From the human T2T-CHM13v2.0 reference genome, Homo sapiens: DNA of 64,000 bases. A program made the translations under genes and the position numbers. Within the stretch, counting starts at the first letter, position 1. Each line of letters opens with the position of its first letter. The stretch lies in NCBI RefSeq assembly GCF_009914755.1, contig NC_060940.1. The stretch is one strand, 5' to 3'. Below the pieces are notes generated by a model. It made no database searches, was not told the DNA's origin, and worked only from the letters and a program-made list of their open reading frames with translations. Of the stretch, positions 40,145 to 54,616 are shown piece by piece.

Positions 40145-40915
40145 GCATTTTTAAAAAATAGCATTATTGAAATGGAATCCACATACCATAAAATTCACCC
40201 ACTGTGAGTACACAATTCAGTGATCTTAGTAAATTTATAAAGTTGTACAGTCATCACCACAATTCAGTTTTAGAGCATTTCCACCATCTTGAAAGATGCC
40301 CTCATGCTTGTTTGCAGTCTCATTCCTGTTCTGTGCCCCAGGCAATGAATGTTCCACTTTCTGTCTCTGTGAAATTGCCTTTCTAGACATTTCACATAAG
40401 AGAAATCATACACTATGTCTTTCTTATCTGGCTTCTTTCCCTTAGTGTAGTGGTTATGAGTTGCATCCGTCTTGTAGCATGTGGGTAATTCAATCCTTTT
40501 TATTGCCAAATACTGTTTGGTTGAATGGCTATACCACATCTTGTTTATCCATTCATCAGTTGATGAATTTAAGTTGTTTCTGTGAAGAATGCTGCTATGG
40601 ACATTCTTGGGCATGTCTTTGGAGTTTGTTTCTCTTTCTCTTGGGTAGATTTCTAGGAACAGAATTGCTGGGTCATATGATAAATTTATGTATAATGTTT
40701 TAAGAAACTTTCAAACAATTTTCCAAGGTGGCTGTACCAGTTTACCTTCCCACCAGCAACACACAAGATTCCCAGTTTCTCCACACCTTTGCCAACACTT
40801 GGCGTTGTCTGTCATTTTCTATTACAGCCATCCTCGTAGGACGAAGTCGTATCTCTTTATGGTTTTAGCTTGCGTTTTCCCGAGGGCTAATGACGTTGAG
40901 CATCTTCTTTGCATG
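40145..40915 (-). mobile_element. L1MB-like 3' fragment
   Basis: acataccataaaattcaccc...tttatccattcatcagttgatg...gaattgctgggtcatatg...ttcccaccagcaa. Confidence 0.82.
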
Positions 40916-40947
40916 CTTACTCCTAGGCTGGAATTTGACTTTTAAAG

Positions 40948-41150
40948 CCAGACCTTGGCAAACTGTTTTCTACAAAGGGCCAGATAGCAAATATTTGGGG
41001 CTTTGTGGGCCACATTGGATTTCTGTTGCATATTCTGTGTTTATTTTCCGTCACAACTCCTACAGTTTGTGAGACCATTCTTGGTCTCATCGAACAAAAA
41101 CAGGCAGGGGGCTGGGTTTCACCGCATGCTATAGTTCACCAACCCTGCTC
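40948..41150. mobile_element. MER58A-like hAT DNA transposon
   Basis: ggcaaactgttttctacaaagggccagatagcaaatattt...ctttgtgggccaca...accattctt...atagttcaccaaccctg. Confidence 0.78.
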
Positions 41151-41570
41151 TAAGTCAGCCCCTTTCTGTGAAAACACCAGGTCGTGTGCCCAGCCACAGA
41201 ACAGTTCCAAGGCCCCTGTGTACTCCCCACTTCAGAAGAATCCAGTGGCCTGTGGGGTCCATGCTAGACAAACCACCAGGCCACCCACCCCACCTGGCAA
41301 AGCGCACTCAGCAGGAAGACCATATTGCAAAGCTGAGGGCCAGCCTCCAGGGAGCCTGGAGCAGGGATTCCGGAGGCGTCCCTATCCCAGCTCCACCATG
41401 ATTCATCACCTGATGAGCTCATCAGAGTTCCTGGGATGAGGCATGCTAATTTGTCACCTAGGGAGGAGGGACAGGGCCCTGTTGATCCTGGACAGGCCTC
41501 CCTCATCCCTGTGGCCACCCTGACCTGGGGCTCAGAGCCTCTTCTGGGAACAGGGGCCTGCCTGCAGCCC

Positions 41571-41730
41571 GCACCCACAACGCCGTAGCCCACCCTCCCC
41601 CCGCACCCGCAGAGCCGTAGCCCACCCTCCCCCCGCACCCGCAAAGCCGTAGCCCACCCTCCCCCCACACCCGCAGAGCCGTAGCCCACCCTCCCCCCGC
41701 ACCCGCAGAGCCGTAGCCCACCCTCCCCCT
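41571..41730 (+). repeat. 32-bp GC-rich minisatellite, 5 copies (GCACCCGCAGAGCCGTAGCCCACCCTCCCCCC)
   Basis: Units start at 41571, 41603, 41635, 41667 and 41699. Confidence 0.97.
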
Positions 41731-42163
41731 GCTGCTTCCACCGCCTTCTGGTTACCTGGCCTCCACTCTCAGAGCCTTGTGGATCTTGTTTCTGGATCTT
41801 GTCCTTGTGTCACCAAGCATTCTTGACACTTCTTCAGGATCTCTTGGCAAATCTGATATCACCCGACCATCGTGGCCCTCACTGATGTGATGGAAAGAGC
41901 TTTGCAGTGGCCAGAGCCAGTTTTCATTCCTGAATTGTCCCTTTCTAGCTGCTTGACTCTGGGCAAGTCTCTTGACCTCTTGGGGCCATGATAGGCTTGT
42001 GTGCACAGAGAACACCAACAATCCTCTGGCAGAAGCTGCAGCTGGCCACCCCCTCAGCATCGCGTGAGGGCTGCCAGCTGTGCACCGTGAACACCTGTGA
42101 CCCTGCAGAGCGCATGCTTTTTTCTGGCTGTGGGATCACTTTGGCCTGGGCACACGGCAGTCA

Positions 42164-42594
<431 letters not shown>

Positions 42595-44879
42595 TCATTG
42601 CCTATATCATGTGCTTGACAGTGCCCTGTTTATTGACTGTCTTCTCTTGCCCGTCTCACTTCCCCACTCTCCCCACCAGTATTTCCTGCTGTTCCCTCTC
42701 AGATCAGTAAGCCATTTGCACTCAGTCCCTTGTCTCAGGGTCCTCCCTATGACAAGCCCCCAACTCATGGGATACTGTGAGGATTGAGTGGGATAAAGCT
42801 CATAAGAGCTAGCACTGTGCTGGCACATGGTATGTCCTCATGAAATTTTAGCCCTTGGTACAAGCCCTGGGATCTTCTGGCTCTGAATACAGCCTCTGCA
42901 GACTCTCCCATGGATGCCTGTGAGGCAAGGGCTTGGGCCCTCCCGGGAAAGCTGTTGTCCTCCCCGCTCCAAGGAGGGGAGCTGTGGATGAGCTGAGGCT
43001 GGGTGTACCGACCCCGAGGGCTCGTGTCTGAAACTGCGTTGGTGCCAGCGTTGCCCACTGGGCCCTGCTATGCCTCAGACTGGTTGCCTCTGCATCTTGA
43101 GTGGCATCTGTGTGTGGAGAACAGGAGATTGTACTCATGGCCACCCACCTCAGGGCTGGTTGTATTTTGCAAGTTTAAATGAGACTTCGCTGGAATGATG
43201 TTCACCAAATATTAATGGTGGCTATTTCTGGGTTGTGGGATTTTTGAGGCCTTTTAAAACTTATCCTCTTCTTTGTGCTTTTCAGTACAGTTTAGATTTT
43301 TTGCAATGAGCATGCATCATCTTTCGCAAAAGAATGAAGTCATTAATCTTTCAAAAGTAAATAATGTGCAGCTGATCAGAAGAGTCCACTTAGAGCCCAG
43401 ACTCCATGCAAATGTAAGACACGGGTGTGGATCGCTGTGGTTTGCTTTGGGGCTTGATATAGGGTGGATTTTGTGAGATCATTTCATGGTCTTTTAAAAA
43501 TTAAACAATTCTCTGGGTACAAACTGAAACCACAGACTCTGAGGCTCAAAGGAGCATTCATCCTCTGGAGCGGGTAGGGTTCTTGCTTCAGACATGTTGG
43601 GTTTTGCACAGATATTTCATCGTGCTATTCAGGCAGCGTGTCCTGCTCACAGCACTAGGACAGGGCGGCTTTGGTTGACAGTAACTAGGAAGGAGGCTGG
43701 TTATGGTTCCAGAGACGCCTCAGTGGACTGGGTGCGTCTCATCGTTAATGAAGTTCAGCCAGTAGTCACTGTCACCATCGTCAACATCAACTGCATGTTT
43801 ACTCTTCACTGTACACTCACCCCCGACAACTTGTCACGCGTTTCTTCCTGTCCTCGTAGGGTCTCCAATGGCTGGCAAGTGAATGTTCCTGGTCTTTCCC
43901 CTCCCGCTCCCTGGGGAATGCTGGGCTGCCCTGGCCTCCTCTGCTCTGCTGGGCCTATGAGAAGAGCTGATCTCTTTCTAATTCTTGATGTGCAATGGGT
44001 GAATGGGCAAAGAATAGTAAGACCAGGTGCTGGAAGGAGGAAAGAAAGGTGGGCAGGTGGGTAGATGAAAGAACTAGAGAGAAGGAGAAAGAAGGAGCAG
44101 AGAGAGGAGAAGGGAGAGATGACGGGAAAGACTTGGGGTGATGGGCGGGGGGAATGAAAACCGTCTTTGGTGTGAGTTCATGGGGGCGACACCAGTGGCA
44201 ATGAGTATATCAGAGGCCCCAGAAAATCATGGGGTGCGGGAAAATAATGGAGAGGAGGAAGATGGGATGCCGTATTGGCCTAGGTTTTACGTTTCATCTC
44301 CTTCAGTTTTTCAAGAGACAGATTCAGTCTCAGCGTTCCTTTTTGTGACTCTTGGCTGATTTATCTGGACTTGACTTTTGAATGCGGCTCCATAGAGTGG
44401 ACCACATGGGTCCAGGATGGGTCAGGGTTACAGATTGAAAGAGGTGCCGGTATTTTCCATCCTGACTTACAGAACAGGACCCTAAGGCTCAGAAGGTGAA
44501 AGTTTTCTAGGAAGAACCAGATCTTTCCGACTCAGGTCCACCTCCCGTCCCACCAGTGTGCCTCACCGACAGAAGTAACCGTTCCACTTGGCATGGAATG
44601 TGTCCCTCAGATACTTCCTTGATAGCGGTGGGTCCCTTGACCACTTGATAATTCCTAGCTCAGAAACTCAGCGGTCAGGGAGGCTCTGGCAGCTTCTAAG
44701 TTTCTGTTTGAGCCTTAGCAGTTCAGCAAGGGACCCTCCTCTCCCCCCTCCTCTTTCTGACTTTGGCTCAGAGATTGTGACATGTCACCCCAGCTGGCTG
44801 CTGGCATGGTAACACTAAAATTAGGCTCTCCCTAAGGAGCAGAGCACTTAATGAAGGAGTTCATCCAGTTAGAAAGTCT

Positions 44880-45086
44880 CTCAAGCAGGCCGGGTGCATG
44901 GGGCAGGCAGCTGCAAAGGCGGGAGCCCGGGCGGGGGTGGAGGGAGTGCTTGGCCCAGACCTCCGCCTTCCGAGGGCCTCCGTTTCCATGATGTCAGAGA
45001 GGCGGAACTAACTCTGCCTCAAATCCAGGGAGGCAGCAGCCCCTGTCCCAACCGCTCTCTGGCTTCGACACAGCGCCCAAGCAAAG
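44880..45086 (+). promoter_or_regulatory. CMIP: Putative internal promoter and non-coding first exon about 775 bp upstream of exon 4
   Basis: GC boxes (ggcggg, gggcggggg); CpG enrichment; strong AAG|gtgaga donor at 45086/45087. Confidence 0.55.
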
Positions 45087-45825
45087 GTGAGAGCACTCTT
45101 GTCTTCCTCACCAGGTGGATGCGGAGGGCAGCGCTGGATTTCCCGGGGGAGCATTCCAGGTTTAGTCCCTACCTGGCCGGAGTCTAATTCCTGGCCTTAA
45201 TCCTGTCTGTCATGTTCCCTAGCTGACTACCTGTCTTCAAGCGACCTCTTGGGATTGACATAGGCGGAAACAGTGCCTTCAACTCAGAGAAAGCCCCTTT
45301 GTGGACTGACCATTCCCACTCTTACTGCGCTTGAATCCTTGGGAAGTGAGTTTGGCAGAAGATACGATCTAAAAGAGAAGTCTCCCCCTTTTCTTTTTGA
45401 AGTCATTGGAAACTGTGTGGAGACAGTATAGTATGGTGGTGAGGGCACTGGCTTGAGAGCCCGAGCACATGTTTCTGTCTCAGCTCTGCCAACTCTAGAG
45501 CCCTGGGCAGATTTTCTAACCTCTTGTGTACCTCGGTTTCTTCATCCTTTTAGCAAAAACAAAAACAAAAAAACAGGAAAAAAGAAAAAGGTAATCTATC
45601 AAGGATTATCATCAGGGTGAAGTGAGCCTGTGTGGGAAATGAGTCTAGTGTCAGGAGGCCTGGCTGCAAATGCACCCCGTGACTTTGGATGAGACCCTTC
45701 CTCTCTCGGGGTGTCAGTTTCCTTATAAACGGGGACTGGGCCAAGTTGTCAGTTTCTCAGGGCCCTTTACACCCTAACCCATCTGATTCTTTGATTGTCT
45801 TCCATCTTCTGCCTTCCTTACGTGA

Positions 45826-46152
<327 letters not shown>

Positions 46153-47320
46153 TGAGCAGTTGCCCACCCAGCCGTGTGTGGGAGTTGGGAGAGGGAGGCT
46201 TGCCCCAGCTGCTTGCAGCTGTGCTGTCTGGGGATTGTAGGCACCGAAGAGGAGGTGTTGCCCCGTGCAGTGAGAGCCAGTAGTCCCATCCCCATCTCTG
46301 TCTTCCCCTAGCAGTGGCCCACATGAGCTCCAGGGGTCCAGGGGGATTCAGCTTTCTGCCCTCGTCACCCCACAAAGCCTGTAGATGTGCTCTGTTTAAT
46401 TTAAACACCATTTTAAAAATCAGGAGATTTCACAGTACAGTGGGAATTTCCAGGTTCTCTTTAAAAACAATCAGAAAATCCAGCCGCGGTTTGCAGCTGG
46501 TGCTACCTGATGCCACCCGTCGGCTGGGCCTCCTGTGCCATCTGCTTTGCTGGCCTCCTCGCATATTGAATGTGTGCTTTGTGCCAGGCACCATCTGGGA
46601 ATTCAAGCAAAGACAAGCCCCCTACCCCCCTGGAGCTTGTGTCCCGGCAGGGGAGACAGGCAGTGAACAATGAAACTCATCAGCGAGTCTGTCCCGCTGT
46701 TGGTTAGGCAGAAGGCGCTTCGGAAATGTGCTTCTTTCTGTTTTCTGTTTCAGGTGCTATTCTAGGCGCTTTACAAATATTAATACTGCTCTCGTTTATT
46801 TGCTCACCTGGCCCTCTGGGAACACTGGAGTTGATGACTCCTGATTTAAACTGTGCACAGCCACCAGACTGATGCTTCTGTCCCCCTCCCCTGACAGTGA
46901 TACCCCCGGTCCTGAGTCTCCCCCGTCAAGCTCCCATGCAAGTGCCTGGCTGCCTGGAGCCCTCCCCTTTCTCTGCAGGCCCACACTGGCCGCTGCCCGT
47001 GGGACGGGGCCTGGCACCGGCCCTCCGTGTCTGTGGAGTAGAGAAGGTCCCTCACTCCAGGAGGAGGCGAGGTGGGAGGTAGAAAGTAGGTGGCAGTGAC
47101 AGTCTCAGGCAGAGGGACAGAGGTCAGAGGTGTTGTCCTCAGTTGGGAGACCAGCATCGTTCCAAGAGGAGTAAAAACCCAGGCTGGGAAATGAATCACA
47201 GAGTGGCTGGAATTCTGAGCCTGGGTGCTGGATGTCCAGCTCCAGGTGCAGACTTCTCATCTGGAGAAGGGGTCCCTGCTCACCTGTAGTAAGCCAGGCA
47301 GGTGCCAGGTGCCACCCAAT

Positions 47321-47537
47321 CTGGAGTGCAGTGGCGTGACGGCTCACTGCAACCTCCGCCTCCTGGGTTCAAGCCGTTCTCCTGCCACAGCCTCCCAAGT
47401 AGCTGAGATTACAGGCGTGCGCCACCATGCCCAGCTAATTTTTGTATTTTTAGTAGAGACAAGGTTTCACCGTGTTGGCCAGGCTGGTCTTGAACTCCTG
47501 ACTTCAAATGGTCCATCTGCCTTGGCCTCCCAAAGTG
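47321..47537 (-). mobile_element. AluS fragment truncated at both ends
   Basis: ctggagtgcagtggcg...ttggcctcccaaagtg with no poly(T) tail. Confidence 0.9.
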
Positions 47538-47782
47538 AGACAGCCTCTCTTTTAAAACTCACATTCTCTCTGAAAGATGGGCCTTTCTGTCTTCACCTCA
47601 CAGATGAGGAAATTGAGGCCCAGTGATACTGAGTGACCTGCCCAACTCACGTGGCAAGTTTGTAATGGAGCTAGAAGTTCCACCTTAGAGTTGCCAAGTG
47701 CTTTTGAGACCAACTTGGCCACCACTTCAGCGCCACCAGGCTCAACCACCACCACACCCTTATTAAATCAGGGCAGTGCTGA

Positions 47783-48030
<248 letters not shown>

Positions 48031-50254
48031 CCAGACACCTGGCTGAGGGTGCTTCTTGGGCTTTAAAGTAAAAATCTCAAAGGCAGCTGACCCTTAAGTG
48101 CTAGGATGGAGGAATAAAGATATTTAAAGTAGGAAAATGGAAGAAGTTTCCATGTGCTTTGAAGCTACTGTGTCAGGCAAGGAGTCAGCATTACTCACCC
48201 TACTTTACTGAAGAGAGCTGACATTTAGGGACAGAGCTGGGACTCCAGCCCAGGCTGCCTGACCCGGCATCCACTCATGCATGCTCTGCAGTGGTCAGTT
48301 TGATGGCCCTTAGACCTCCCCAGTTTCTCCCAAGGACCCTGCAAGGTAAGTATTAAAATGTATAGAGGAGTAACCAGGGGTGCTGAGAGGTTAAGTAGCT
48401 TACACAGGGCCAGTCAGATTAAGTGTTGGGCCAGGACCCTCGCCCGGGTCTGCCCAGTGATGAAGCTTATGCCCCTGCACATAGATGTGAGATAAACCCG
48501 GGTTGGTAGAGACTTTCTGGCAAGTATGTAACTATGGAGATGAAGAGTGAGAAACCGTGTTGTAGGGTCGGAAGGACCTTGTCCTGCCCTCAGTAGCTGG
48601 GTGGCCTTGGACAAGTTGCTAGGCCTTTCTGTGCCCAGTTGTTTTCTGTAAATTGGGTCTGAGACGAGTACCTATTTCATAGAATTGAAGATGCGATCCT
48701 CTCATATGCATAAAGTGCTTGGCACTGTGCCTAACTTGCAAGGGCCTTTGATACATGGCCACATTTTCATTGTCATAGGAGATGTCTGTGGTCTGAACCC
48801 CGTAAGCACCTTCAGCCAGGGGTCTGGAGCTAGTAGCTGGAAAAACAAACATCTGCCTTCGACCTCCGTGCCCTGTTTTGGGGCTGGGTTGTTTCTCTGT
48901 TCTGTTTGCCCAAGTTGTTTGCAAGGCCTCCTCTGGAGAGGTTCCAGGCATCACCAGACCAACCAGAAGGTGGAAGGATCTGGAGGGAGCAGGCAGAGGG
49001 GCATCGTGGAGGGAGCTGCTAAGGACGCAAAACAGTTCCGAGAAAGAACTGTCCGTCCACCAGCAAAGCAAAGCTGGCTGTCCCCACCCTCCCAGGCCTT
49101 TGTTGAGTTGCGTGTAAAGTGGCCGCTTAGCTCGAGAGTCAGGTGTTCCCTCTAATGCAGTGGCTATTGGTGGACATGCTCTACCAGGGGTGGAAAATGG
49201 CCCTGGGGGAGAGAAGGCTCCCTGTAGAATGCATGGGCTGTCCTGTGACTGGGACAAAGGAAATGATGTCCGTGGTCGCCAAAGCCTTCCTGGAAAGGTG
49301 CGTGGGTGGCGGCGAGGGATGGATGTGTCGAGCTGCCCTTGGCAGCCCAAAATAAGGAACTGCTTCTTGGATGGGTGGTGGAGCACTGTAGCTCAGTGGC
49401 AGGAAATATAGACTTTAGAGTAAGGACAGACGGGTTCATATCCTCACTGCAGCCCCTATTACCCTGCGCCTGCTAGTCACTGCATCCCGTCAGTCTTAGG
49501 CAGCTGATCAGTCAATGGGATAGTAGAGAACCTGTCATAATCAAAAGAAATTGGTGGCATGAGCAAAACAAAGCTCTTACACAGTGCCTGAGGCATAGAG
49601 AGCTCAGCAGTCATAAGGAGAGACCAAGGCCAGGCTTCTCCCCGAAGCTGAAAAATGACTGATAGTTAATAATCTACCATAAACAGGCTGCTCAAACTCC
49701 ACTCATATCCACTAAAGAAAAAAAGCGTGTTCAGATCCAAAAAACATCCTTTCACATGCCTGCATTCTAGGTATCTTGGGTCCAACCTCACCTAGGTCAG
49801 GACGTCTCATGGGGACCGGTAGAGACTCATGTTGTTCATTCAGATGCTGACCTGGCTTCACGGCCTCCCGCAGCCCTCGGGAGCCAGCTTATTGGGCAAA
49901 AGCAAATTCATAGCTCGCAAGCTTTTCTTTTGCCTTGGCTTCTGTAAACACATTAGATACCCCCATATGCCTTAAGCCTGTCCAGGTGGTGGGAGCCATG
50001 GGGCTCTGTCTAGAACCAGAACAATCGATCTTGCCAACACTGTTCAAATGAGAGGTCTCTTTACAAGCAGCCAATGTGGCTCTTTTAGGAAATACGAATT
50101 GGCACCACTGTGTGTCCACCAAAACAGACAAGCAAAGCAGAACATACCACGAAACTAGCAAGAAAGAAGGGCGGGCACTTCTGAGTTTTCCTGTGATTCC
50201 TTGTTTATGGCACAGCCGTCTCTTTCCTTGTTCAAGTACTCACAGATGGCGGCA

Positions 50255-50774
<520 letters not shown>

Positions 50775-51432
50775 TAACAGTTACCAATTATTTAAGAAAA
50801 GTCCAGATTGGGAAGGAAACAGGACCCCTAAAATTTCAGCAAATGTAATCCATTCAACCTAATTATGTTTTTGCAAGTCAGTTGCTAGAATTTGAATTCA
50901 GCTAAAACATCTCGGGCCCACTCACGGAACTTCATGTTCCTTGGGAACTTAGTTTGAGAAGCACTGAAATCATATACGTGTTACTCCTAAAAGGCTGCCT
51001 GGCACAGATTAGGACTCTTGAAAGGTCTGTTTCTTTACATACTTATTATGAACCTGCCTTCTGGCTTCTAAGCAGTTTCACTTTGACGAGGGCCAGATCC
51101 TCTCCCAATAGCCTATTGAGGTTACTGGAAGCCCTGTTGACCGAAGCAGGAACTGAGTCTCCCCTAGACTCGACTCACTCAAGGTCACATAACTCAAGCC
51201 CCGAAACAGGGACAAGAACTCAGTTCTCCCTGCCCCAAAACCATACCTTCTCCCCCTTCCCGACCTTGCCCCTGAGGGTGTTCTGATCTGTTTAATTAAG
51301 AAAAAATGACAGTGACAGTTGGTCTGTGACGCTGAAGATGTTTCAAAACTGTGGATCTTGAAATCCAAATGCTCGTTTTCTTAATTTTCTTTTGTTTTGT
51401 TTTCCTCCTGCTGTCTCCATTCAATCCTTTAG

Positions 51433-51474
51433 AACACAAACTTGACCACCCAGGAGCATGAAAACATCATTGTG
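51433..51474 (+). CDS. CMIP: CMIP coding exon 5 (42 nt, phase 0-0): NTNLTTQEHENIIV
   Basis: ctttag acceptor after a long U-rich tract; GTG|gtaagt donor; in frame. Confidence 0.96.
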
Positions 51475-52834
51475 GTAAGTTCCTCTCGAACACGCTCCCT
51501 CCACCCACCTCCGCCTCCTGGAGCCTACAACCCTTTTCCTGGTTTGGGGTAATTCTGGCGCCTGCGTAATCCACCAGCATCTGGCCTTGCTCCGTTTTGT
51601 CTTTTCTAGCAAGCCGGACGCACCTCCCTCTGCCTTTGCATATTTCAGAGCCCCAGTTGATAGGAGCGGGAGTGTAATTGTTTGTCTTTGAGGTTTGTAG
51701 CAAATGTATCATAATCGCCTCCTCCTTCCTGCGTCTCTGCCTAGGGAGTTGAAGGCAGGAGATGGCAGAGCCCGTATAATTTATTCAGAGGCATCACCCC
51801 ATTAGCTGAAAGGTAAACGTTCTCTTTCTTGCCCCAGGACATGTCTCCCAATTAATCCACAAATAGAACTTGGATTTAATTCCCTGTGATACATAAAGTG
51901 AGATGCTATTTTCTGGGACTCTACCATGATGTAAGCATTTTTGGGGTAAAATATCTTCCTGAATGACTTTTAGCTACGAAACCTAACTCTCACTTGAGAG
52001 AAGAAAGAAATGAAATTGCACCTGCTAGATGGTAAGCACCATGCTATGTATTTGAATTCACAGATAACCTAGTCCCTAAGGAGTTCATCATCTATTGTAG
52101 GAAGACAAAAGTGATCACCGCAAAAAATAGAGACATTGAGTGCAGAGAGTAAGTAGAGTGATAAACTCCCCTGGGAAAGGAGCCAGAAAGCTTCCTAGAG
52201 GTAGTGCTATCTGAGCTGGGTTTTGAAGGATCAATAGGAGTTTTCCAGGTGGCAAAACGGGATAAAAGCATCCCAGAGAGAAGAAACAAAATGTGCAAGA
52301 GCACAAAGATTTAAAGCAACGTAGTGTGTTCTGGAAGCTTCAGCATTGCTGGAGCATAAAGCATAAGGAAATGAGAAGCAGGCGGATGGGAGATGAAATA
52401 GAAGCAAGAGGCAGAGCCTTTTGTGCCCAGGAGGGGACCTTGGAACTAACCTGCCTGGGATGTCTCCTGGCTGCAAGGTACAGAACAAGAGCAGCATCAG
52501 TCACTAGGCCCCTCACGCTCCTCTAGCCGAATCAGGGCCTTGGGGGACCCACTCAGTCGGCCCTGGCAAGCCTAGCTGGGTACTGTATGCACAAAATGAG
52601 GTGAGCCCCAGGCCTTTGATTGTGGAGAGTCAAGGCAGCAGCTTCTGCCTTTGCTGTCAGCTCCAGTGTCTGGCACGTAGTGGGCTCTCAGTGGGTGTTT
52701 GCTAACGCTAACAGTATAGAGGTTTTCTCCATGCTTTCACCCGGACTGTCCATTGCCTTCTCTTGCCAGAACAGGAGGACAAGTCAACCTGGGCACCCCC
52801 AATCACTCACCACCACCTTTTTCTGGCATAGTAT

Positions 52835-53215
52835 TAATTCATCAATTCATTTAACGAACTTTGCTGAGCATGTGAGTCTGACTATGTGCCAGACACAGAT
52901 AGAGAGCTGGACAAGACTTGAGGCCTGCCATTGAGGACTGAATGTGTGCTGAGAGAACCTGGCAGATCAACAGATAATACAAAAATAACATGGCCAAGGG
53001 CTGAGGTTTGTTCTGGGTGTTAGAGGGGGTGCAGAGGATAGGTACTTAACCTCTGTCAGGGAGGGTCCTGGGAGGATGATGATGGAGGACTTCCAGGAGG
53101 AGGTGACCAAGGTGAATCTTAAAGGATAGATAGGAGAATGTCAGGTAAACGGAGCAAGCTGGGGAAGGCAGTTCAGGCAGGGGGACTTACATGTGCAAAG
53201 GCAAAGTGGTAAGAC
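52835..53215 (-). mobile_element. L2 3' fragment
   Basis: attcatttaac...tgagca...ctatgtgccagacac...ggacttccaggaggaggtgac...tgtgcaaaggc. Confidence 0.6.
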
Positions 53216-53920
53216 GGGCTGCTGCAGAACCAGGAGCAAGCATGAGAGCTGGAAGGAGGTACTGCCTTCCTCTCCCTGCCAGCAACACCTGTGGGTCCCA
53301 CTGAGTGCCTGGAAGCCCTGGATGGAGGACAAGGGCTTGCATTCAGGACAAGCCTGGGAAAGAAATTTTGATCTGAGAAATCCAGGCTGCATTTATCCAG
53401 CTAATGTGGCTGAACTGAACCCTTAATTGGGTCAGGTTGAGCTTCCCGGCTCAGCAGGAATGCCTGAGAACAGGAAAGAATTTGATCTGAGGGTCTGACC
53501 CTCACCCCTGCATTTTACAGCCTCCCCTTCCAGCATTCTTTTATTACTATTGCTGTTGTCATTATTATGATGCCTTCTGGAGCCTCCTTTCATTCCAACA
53601 GTTACATCCTCTTATTTGCCCTATTGGCAATTAGTCTTCTTTGGACATGCTTGGTAGTTTTTTATGCGCTAATTTTTCTACCATAGCTTGAGTTGGTTTT
53701 ATTCATTCCATTGGCCAGGCAGTAGTAACCGTTGTTGGTCATGGACCAGGAGTCCAAACCCCAGCTGTGGTCCGGCTCACTATGGAAGGCGCTCACCATG
53801 GTGGTGAAGAACATGAGCTGAATCTAGGTTCAAGTTCAGAATCGAGTTCAGACCCAGACCCCAGCCATACTAGCTGTGACAGAACTTTTAATTTTACTTA
53901 AAATCTCATTTTGCAAGTAT

Positions 53921-54410
<490 letters not shown>

Positions 54411-54520
54411 TGAATGATGTGATGCAGGATGTGTTGCTCTGCATTTATTTTTTTCACTTCACAATATGGCCTGGAGATTGTTCGAAGTCTTTCCGTGGCT
54501 ATCTACCCCACGGTTCCTGA

Positions 54521-54616
<96 letters not shown>

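Noticed and set aside
41571-41730. 32-bp repeats as a possible CRISPR array
   Set aside because: The units are head-to-tail with no unique spacers, there are no cas genes, and the context is a human intron.
48619-49386. 255-aa minus-strand ORF
   Set aside because: No recognisable homology; it ends in MIR sequence.
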